Source of the DNA: Octopus vulgaris
Taxonomy: Eukaryota
NCBI GenBank assembly: GCA_951406725.2
Contig: OX597820.1
Location: forward strand, 33,356,001-33,420,000
Length of the DNA stretch: 64,000 bases
Direction of reading: 5' to 3'
Part shown: positions 55,021 through 64,000 of the stretch, piece by piece
Position numbering within the stretch: the first letter of the stretch is position 1
Layout of the letters: each line of letters starts with the position of its first letter
Program-made: the position numbers and the translations under genes
Notes under the pieces: model-generated
Told to the model about the DNA's origin: nothing
The model's input: the letters and a program-made list of their open reading frames with translations, nothing else
Databases searched by the model: none

Positions 55021-55669
55021 ATTTGATAGTCTTGATCTAGCAATCATGAAGATTACACTTCCATGAAGAACTCAATACATTTTAAACAGAATGTATATAT
55101 AAATAAATAAATGGCAGAGAGCTTGCTTCCCAACCACATGGCACCGGGTTCAGTCCCACTGTATGGCACTTTGGGCAAGTGTTTTCTACAATAGCCGTGG
55201 GCTGATCAAAGCCTTTTGAGTGGTTTTGGTAGACGGAAACAGAAAGAAGCCCGTCGTGTGTATATATATTTGTGTCGTTGTTTATCTCCTCCATTGCTTG
55301 ACAGCCAATGTTGGTGCATTTACATCCCCGTAACTTGGCAGTTCAGCAAAGGGGATTGTTACAATAAGTACTAGTCTTACAAGGAATAAGTCCTGGAGCC
55401 AGTCTGTTCAACTACAGGCAGTGCTCCAGCATGGCCACACTCAAATGACTGAAATGCTGGCCTTGTGTGCCAAAGAGAGTATATCTGATAGTCTTGAACT
55501 CAGATGATGACACTTCTTTGAAGAACAATACATTTTAAACAGTGTGTGTGTGTGTGTGTATACACACACACACACACATATTTGATAGTCTTGATCTAAC
55601 AGTTAAGATGACACTTCCTAGAAGTTCACAATACATTTTAAACAGAATGCCTGTATAAATAAATAAATG
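55021..55669. repeat. Three ~60-90-bp direct repeats separated by a family A SINE and a microsatellite
   Basis: TGATAGTCTTGA...ACACTTC...GAAG..C.AATACATTTTAAACAG at about 55021, 55481 and 55579. Confidence 0.8.
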
Positions 55670-56668
55670 TTTATATTCAAACTTAACAGCTGGCACATGG
55701 TTTCTCTTATTACCATAGCATCTTCAGAAATCAAACTATTCAAATCAGATTTAGCTATGATTACAAATAAACACTGAAGGAATCAATAATAATAATTCAA
55801 TAAAGGAAACAACATAGATTGGAAGAAACTGTATCTGTCATATGGATCAAAGTTTGGCAATGATACATTGATTTCTAAAAGTGATGTTTAAACATCGGTG
55901 TTAGAATTATCAAGTAACAGCATTAGTAACAATCATTTAACATATCCCTGCATCTGAAATTGCTGGCCTTGTGCCAAAATTTGAATTCAATATTTGGATG
56001 CTGAGTTCAAGTCCTACAAAGGTCAATTTTGCCTTTCCCTCTTCTGAGTTCAGTACACTATATTTTCCAGCATACAAGTGGACATAGCATATAGTGTAAA
56101 CATTCAAACATCCTCACTATCTTTCTGAAGTCCTGCTACATTTCACACATTTTAGGGGTAAGAGGTGTTGGTCAACTATATTGACTTCCCTGTATTAGAT
56201 TGGTACTATATCTCACTGACCCTCAAAAGGATGCAAAATAAAGTAAACCAGAGCAGGATTTGAACACAAATGAAAAGAGCAAAAAGAAATATTGCAAGGC
56301 ATTTTCTTCCCCAATGCTCTGCTAATTTCTACCAACCTTATACAAGGTTAGTAATAAGGAGAGTCAATATGACACTTAACTAGTCTAATAGTTAAAATAC
56401 AAAATAAAATCTTAATTATTTACAGAATAATATTTGAAAATGATTTTAGGTGCAGGCATGGTTGTACGGTTCAGAAGCTCACTTTGCAGCTACAAGATTC
56501 CATGTTGAGTACCAATAAGCAGCACCTTGAGTAAGTAAGTGTCTTCTATTATAGCCCTGGGCTGCCCAATGCCTTGTGTGGCATCTTGGGCAAGTGTCTT
56601 TTGCTATAGCCTCAGGCCAACCAAAGCCTTGTGAGTGGATTTGGTAGATGGAAACTGAAAGAAGCTCG

Positions 56669-56708
<40 letters not shown>

Positions 56709-57059
56709 ATGTATGTATATATACATGTGTGTGTGTGTTTATGCGTCTGTGCTTGTCCCCCCCACCACCACCACCACATCGCTTGACAACCGATGCTGGT
56801 GCGTTTACGTCCCCGTAACGTAGCAGTTCAGCAAAAGAAACCGATAGCATAATTACTAGGCTTTACAAAGAATAAACCCTGGAGTTGATTTGCTTGACTT
56901 AGGCAGTGCCCCAGCATGTCTTGTGGATTTTCAGATTTATAGGGCAGAAGTGTCACAAAAATGCTTCACACTTTTCAATTTTCAGATAGCCATCATCCGA
57001 AGAAGTGCTTCACGAAGTATATACCTGGAATATATTTCCCAATTCACTCTCTTTCATAC

Positions 57060-57110
<51 letters not shown>

Positions 57111-57321
57111 GAGAGAGAGAGAGAGAGATTTAAGAACTACAATTTCATAGTGTTGTTTTTATAAACAAATGTACATGTGTGTTATATGCGATGACTTATT
57201 GGTAAGCGGTGTTGATTTGGCAATTCAGTAAATAATATTTTATAAGCTTAAAGCTTATACGTTATCACCATGCACTAACTAAGGTAACTAGTCTAAGGTA
57301 AATAGTCTAATATTGGAGCGA

Positions 57322-57564
57322 ATAAGCCCTCGACGTAAAAAAAGTAGGGTTGTCTATATACATGGGACTTATATTTTTGTAACAAGTGTGCTACCATTAC
57401 ACCAACGTACCCCTCGCTTCTTTCCATCATATTTAAGAATTATGATTTCATAGTGTTGTTTTGATAAACATACATATATGTCTAACGACTTGCCATGAAA
57501 ACAGAGGTGTTGGTTTGAATCCCATGCATTTGGACAACCCTACTTTTTGTCTGTTGAGGGCTTA
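57322..57564. mobile_element. MITE-like element with ~30-bp TIRs
   Basis: TAAGCCCTCGACGTAAAAAAAGTAGGGTTGTC and GACAACCCTACTTTTTGTCTGTTGAGGGCTTA. Confidence 0.6.
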
Positions 57565-58458
57565 TCATCATCATCATTTAACATCTGCTTTCCATGCTAG
57601 CATGGGTTGGACGATTTGACTGAGGTCTGGCGAACCAGACTCCAATCTGATCTGGCAGAGTTTCTACAGCTGGATGCTCTTCCTAATGCCAACCACTCTG
57701 AGGGCCAGTCAGGCGGTACTGGCAACGGCCACACTCAAACGGTGCTTTTTATGTGCCACCTGCACAGGAGCCAGCCCAGCAGCACTGGCAATGACCTCGC
57801 TCGAATGTTTTTTCACATGCCACCAGCACAAGTGCTAGTAAGGCAACGCAAATAACAATCACGCTCGAATGGTGTTTTTAACGTACCATTGGCTCAGAGG
57901 TCAGATTGTTGCTCGCCTCCGAGCTGAAAGAATCTAATTTTTCTTATATGCCCCAAAATTAGATTCTTTGCTTTAGTCAAAGCACGGTGATCACTTGTTA
58001 GCCTTGAGCTTATAAAATAGTAATCATATATATGTACACACACCCACATAATTAACAATACAATATTATTTAGTGTGATTGCTTAGTCATGAAATGGTTG
58101 ACAAGCAATAAGTGGCTGAAATTAGAGTTAAGGTTTCAAGAAGAGATATGTGAGATATATTTGTATAATTCATATTGAATTACACATAGATTGTAAAGCA
58201 TATTTCAAAATAGAATATAGATTTCAATTGATTTAGATAAAGTATAATAAAAACAACAAAATATAAAGAGTGGTTGTTATTGTATGAAGTTTAGTTAACT
58301 TAATTGTTTAATAAGGCTTTGTGTTTAAGAATCTAAAAGTAGTGATAAAGAAATCAAGGAATAAGATAATTTACTTCAATGAAAATATATATAAGAAAAT
58401 ATGCAGTTAGATATAACCACTTCCAAATATTACGTGATGGATATAGGTTTAATGATTA

Positions 58459-58853
58459 CTAGCAGTATCGCCCGGTGTTGCTCGGATTTGTTTTGACTCT
58501 TTAGAATTGGAATTTTTGAAAAATAAAAATTTTGCATTATGTAGCTTGTTATTCTCTTTAAGTGAACATTTTTCTGGTTGACATACATTGAAAAATGGTG
58601 ACACAGCAGACAAAAATTCATAAAAAATAGGGATTTTCATAGAAAAAAAACCCACTTTTTTTAATGTAAATAATGCTTGGTGCTAACATGGTCCGATTTG
58701 AATTTTTTCTTCTATGGAAGGAAGAGCAAGCCTTCTTCTATCATACTCTCAATTTTGGTCAACTTGCGTCACAGGGTCTCAGAAGAGATAGTGTTAGTTG
58801 AAGGCTACCAAACCTGCCATACACAGACAACTTCAGCTTTATATATAGAGAGA
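58459..58853 (-). mobile_element. Non-autonomous Helitron
   Basis: Minus strand A|TCTCTCTATATATAAAG ... CCGAGCAACACCGGGCGATACTGCTAG|T. Confidence 0.75.
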
Positions 58854-59171
58854 TTAAGATGTCACCAAAATATATAAAAAGTCTTTAACAGCTAAGATAT
58901 AAAATGAGCTGAAAGTATATGTGTAATAAATTTAGTGACTGCAAGATGTAAACCTCTGAGACAACTTGTTCAGAAGGAGATTTTTAATGAAAAGAAGTTT
59001 TTCTCAATCTAGAGTTTGTAGTCTTGCAAGCTGCATGGCACCCTGCACATGCTGCAAAGTGGTTGTCATAGAAATCATGCAAAATAGATGTTAGAGCAAG
59101 ATGCAGTCCTTGGGTTCCAACAGATCTTCTCAAATTCTCTAACCCATGACAACATGGAACAAGAACATTAA

Positions 59172-59392
59172 CCCTTTTGTTGCTATATGTTTGTTGAGGT
59201 GCTCTGTGTTTCTTTCAATAAATTTTAAATATAAAAGAATTTAATAATATAACTTTAGTTATCATTAAGCTAGTGTTAGGAACATAAATTGTGACTAAGA
59301 TTTGGTGGAAGATTTTAATTCAGAACTTTTGAAAGCAAGACATTTGTACTAAAGAGCAAGAGGTGGTTTCAACCGGGTTGGTATCAAAAGGG
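59172..59392. mobile_element. piggyBac-like MITE
   Basis: TTAA|CCCTTTTG ... CAAAAGGG|TTAA. Confidence 0.7.
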
Positions 59393-61532
59393 TTAAACGA
59401 TAATGATGATGAAGACAGTAGGAACCAATTACAACTATCAAGTTAACTGTGATAATATTAGCATCCAGAGTAATAAACCCTTTTTTAAAGAGGACCTTCA
59501 ACCCTTCTAAGTTAAAAAAAAAGGTTGAAAATCTTTCCAAATTCTACTCATTGTCCATCAACAAAATAGTAAAATTTGAGATCCACAATAGTCCCTGAAA
59601 AAAGTTTTGCTTTAGGTTTCTATAAAACTAATTTTTAAACATCAAATGGTGAAGGGGGTCCACCAGGATAAAATAGTAATCAAAGGAGTCCATTGATTGA
59701 AAAAAGGTTGAGAACCCCTAATTTAATAAGCCATCATCTCTGTGTTATCCACTGTGAATAATTAGAAACAGCTCCTTGAATATAAATAACAATTTGATCT
59801 CTTACTTCAGCCAAATCACTACTATCACACACACACACACCAAAAGGAACTCAAAGATGTTTAACATAGAAGCTAGTCACAATTTATTATAATTTGTATT
59901 GTTTGCCAAAATTGTTAGTATTGGGTTCTTCAATGTTAGTAATAGGCTTAACAAAGTCAATTGCCTTAACTTGTAGGGGGAGAGTTATTGAAGAATAGTG
60001 ATCTATAATATTAGGTTTAAAATTTTGGTAAAAGGCCAGCAAGTTTGGGGGAGATGGTAAGTTGATTACATCAACCCCAGTGCTCAACTGGTATTCATTT
60101 TATTGACCTCAAACGGATGAAAGGTGAGGTCACCATTGGTGGATTTCAAACTCAATGTATAAATGGATGAAATGCTGGAAGGCTTAAAACTGCCAGCTCA
60201 CCATCTTCATACAGATCTATGATATTAGGTGGCAGAAACCCAAGTGATTTTCCATAATATTAACTGAGCTTGGTCCTTAATTTTGGATATAACCTCATCA
60301 AGAAGTCATTTACTAATTGCAATTTTGTGAGATAAATTAATTCAATTGATGAATATCTAAACAATACTATCTTAAATTTGGCATGTTTACAGCAGTCTTT
60401 TATAACCTCATCTCAATTCTACTTTTGCTGATGAGAACAGAATAACACCAAAACTGGTCCCATGCTTGCCAGAAAAAATGAGTACTTATGTTTTTCTTTT
60501 TCTCTTCCTTAATAGTTATTTCATATTAACCTCTCATTATTAAGCGTATAGCAACAAAACCTTCCCTATTTTACATGGGCATTGGTATGGCACTAGTGAA
60601 GTTAAACAGGTGATAATATTATTTTCATATAGCTAATGTTTTACAGTTTTGTTTTCTTTTTTTTTCTTTTTTCAGTTACCACCATGATTTGAACCAATGC
60701 ACCCTGTGTATGGAGAGGAAATGTTTATCAAGAATGGTGAATGCTTGAAATTTTTTTTATCTTTTTTTGCATTCTCAACTATTATTTTCCATGTAGTTGA
60801 ACTTTAAATGACTTAATTTCCAAACATTTCTACATCCCTAAATAAAATAATGTACAATCCCATACATTTACTCAATGATGAATAGATTACTATTTTATTC
60901 CCTACTGTACTAATGCAGTCAAAATAAGACCAAAACTTTCTTTCAGTTGTCTCCCAACTTCACAGTTATTCAAATAAAAATCTAAAAAAAAAAATCTAGG
61001 TTACTAATATTTTTTCACCTTGATGTTTTTCAGTTAAATTTTAATACTGCCCAGCAAAATATTTTTACAGCCCAAAACTCTTTAATGGTTTTTCAAATAA
61101 GGGATCTCTTATTTCACCTGTTTTGAAGGTGCAAAGAAAGTGCATGATTATTGACAGAGGAAATGACATTGTGCATAGCTGTGTGTGTGTGTGTGAAAAA
61201 TAAGGATAAACAAGTTATATTTAAAGTTCCTACACATACTTCATCATTGTGGCTGTTTGCCCTGTATCAAATTATCTGTAACTTGATTATTGTGGTTATG
61301 CATCTGTATGCATTTGGAACATCTATTGTAGGGCTCCATACAACCATAGTGAAATGCATGTAGGAACTTTGATATAAACTTACATTTGTCCTTAATTTTC
61401 CCACATTTGCTCCTTAGCTCATAACTGATAATACTGCTCAGTATAGAAGTTAATTGACTAGATTATGAAGATTTACAGAGCTCTAAACCTAACTGTAGCA
61501 GTTAAACATCTACTTGTACACATAATATCTAC

Positions 61533-61920
61533 TAGGCGCAGGAGTGGTTGTGTGGTAAGTAGCTTGCTTACCAACCACATGGTTCTGGGTTCAGTCCCAC
61601 TACGTAGCACCTTGGGCAAGTGTCTTCTACTATAGCCCCAGGCCGACCAAAGCCTTGTAAGAGGATTTGGTAGACAGAAACTAAAAGAAGCTTGTCGTAT
61701 ATATATGTGGGGGGGAATCTGTGTTTGTCCTCCCAACATCGCTTGACAACCGATGTTGGTGTGTTTACATCCCTGTAACTTAGCAGTTCGGCAAAAGAGA
61801 CCGATAGAATAAGTACTAGGCTTACAAAGAATAAGTCCTGGGGTTGATTTGCTCGACTAAAGGCAGTGGTCCAGCATGGCCGCAGTCAAATGACTGAAAC
61901 AAGTAAAAGAAAAAAAAGAG
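61533..61920 (+). mobile_element. Family A CORE-type SINE, full length
   Basis: Matches the 15902 copy from head to tail. Confidence 0.9.
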
Positions 61921-63825
61921 AGTATACATATATACATACAATATGAGAGGCTGCTTCTAGTTTGCCCTCTGCAGAATCCACTCACAAGGATTTGGTTAAC
62001 CCAGGGTAATAGAAGACACATGCCCACAGAATGAAGCCAAAACTGTGCTTGTGTCTATATACATTAATACTAAATTATTACTTTTTCCCCCTCAACATGC
62101 TTATTTGTACTTAAGATAGTGAGCATTGCAAAACAAATACTAATTTATGTGGTATATTATACATCCTTTACTGAGAAAATATCTAAATTCTCCCCTTACC
62201 TTTGTGTATGAAAAATATATATCAGCAACTAAGGCAGTAGTAATAGCGAGAGGTAATATTTATCCCCACTTGAACATGGATGTTCAGTTAGGACAAACTT
62301 TATAGCAGTAGTTACCATGAGAGAGACTCTTATATTGGCTTTCTGGTGCAAAATGCACTTGTGTTTATGTAATTAGCAAGGAGATAAATCCTTGCTACCT
62401 CCAGTGCTGAGATCATGTGATTTCAAACATCTTTGGTCTTGTTAATGATGCGCTTGTGTCATGACAACCATCACTTAGGACTTGCCAATTAGGATTTGTT
62501 GCTGTTTAACCCCAGTTAAACAGCAGCAAGTCCCATGCTTGCCAGTGAAGTGGTTGATCAACCACTTCACTCGCATGTGACAAACCAATGAAATGGTCAC
62601 TGTGATCATTCAATTCAATAGAGAAGTAAAAACCAAATATCACTGCTGTCCTAAGTAATGGTTACAAACTTATTTAGGTCTCACATGAGCCCTAAGACAC
62701 ACCAGGCTGGAGCTTAATCCTGTTTCCATGGCATGTAAATGACTGAGATTACAACACTCACTGCCACCTGAACAGGATGTTGGTCCCTCACAGGCTTAAC
62801 TTATGAGCTATTGCTGGAACTCATTTGCAGCCGAGTGGACTGGGGCAGTATTTTGCTCAAGAATACAACATACTGCCTAGTCTTGGAATCAAAATCACAA
62901 TTTCATGATTGAGTGCAATACCCAAACCACAAGGCCACTTTGATGATATAGTCCAAGGTACTCTATGCCAGGTGGAAAAAAAGGACAAAAGTTTATAAAG
63001 GTAAACAACCGATTAAAACATTTTGTTATGAAATATCAAGTTGATATCAATGCTATAATTGCAGGTGTTTTTGACGACCTTCATGCTTTGCCAGGCGAAA
63101 CGGCTGTTTGTTCACTTGCCCTGTGAGTCATGTTTTGTTTTCTATACAAAATACCCTGTATTAGACTGTTGACATTAAAAACTATTGACAGAAATAATAG
63201 TTATAGCAATGAGTTACACACGAATATGATTGTTACTCTTCAACTTTTTTTATATTCAGCTTAAATACAGGAATGATAACAAAAATTGAATGAAATAAAA
63301 TGCAGAAAAAAAATTTTTTATCTAAAAGAAAAAAAAAAAAAGTTAACTTCTTTCAATACAAAATAAATTATGTTGCCATACAAAAAATTTGCAAAGACCA
63401 AGGCACACTGACAGCTATAATCCAATGAGCTTGAAGTCACAAGCTTTTTGTCTAAAGCTTTGCAATCATCTGCTTCAAGAAATAGGTATTTAATAAACTT
63501 CTTAAATATTTAGGGGGGAAAAAAAGGAGGAGGAGGGTATGAAGATAGCAGGCATTTGGTTTTGAATCTTAAAAAGTCATTGACCAATCAGTATAGGTCA
63601 ATGACTTGTGAACCAACCAAGTTGTCAGAGATTCAGTCACTCAGGCTCGAATATTGCATCTTTAAACAATTCACTGGATTTGTGTTTGATCTTAACATGA
63701 TTTTATTAAACTCTCACTACTTCCTAACATTGAAACTTCTATATTTTTCATTTAAAGTGTGTATGTGTGAGTATTGAGATGAACACCACAAATTGACAAA
63801 TAAAATAACATTTTGGTAAGTAGCT

Positions 63826-63995
63826 TGGTGGTGTGTTTACGTCCCCGTAACTTAGCGGTTCAGCAAAAGAGACCAATAGAATAAGTACTAGGCTTACAAA
63901 GAATAAGTCCTGGGGTCAATTTGCTCGACTAAAAGGTGGTGCTCCAGCATGGCCACAGTCAAATGACTGAAACAAGTAAAAGAGTAAAAGAGAGT
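63826..63995 (+). mobile_element. Family A SINE 3' part (internally deleted)
   Basis: GTGTTTACGTCCCCGTAACTTAGCGG...AAATGACTGAAACAAGTAAAAGAG. Confidence 0.85.
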
Positions 63996-64000
63996 TACTA

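Noticed and set aside
53300-64000. Upstream UCH exons, including the catalytic Cys motif
   Set aside because: No QTIxNACG-like or other convincing exon was found by eye on the minus strand. A short exon could have been missed.

Overview
Repeat-rich eukaryotic DNA, most likely a coleoid cephalopod (Octopus-like), inferred from the SINE families, dense microsatellites and large introns. The only host gene I can support is the 3' half of a UCH-L3/L1-type ubiquitin C-terminal hydrolase on the minus strand. It has five GT-AG exons between 53271 and 39663 with the catalytic His and Asp intact; I did not find its 5' exons in the window. The rest is a transposable-element mosaic: tRNA-derived SINEs of at least four families, decayed LINEs (CR1/L2, RTE, R4/Dong, CRE-like, Penelope-like), DD37D Tc1/mariner relics, non-autonomous Helitrons and several MITEs. 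The most notable observations are (1) a 1.9-kb TSD-flanked retroelement carrying only a CCHC-knuckle ORF1 and no RT (HAL1-like), (2) two short microsatellite-embedded elements with minimal hammerhead ribozyme motifs, (3) a ~765-bp palindrome, and (4) a CpG-decay boundary near 36.8 kb. Repeat boundaries were read by eye and are approximate. Most ORFs in the supplied track are microsatellite or SINE artefacts.
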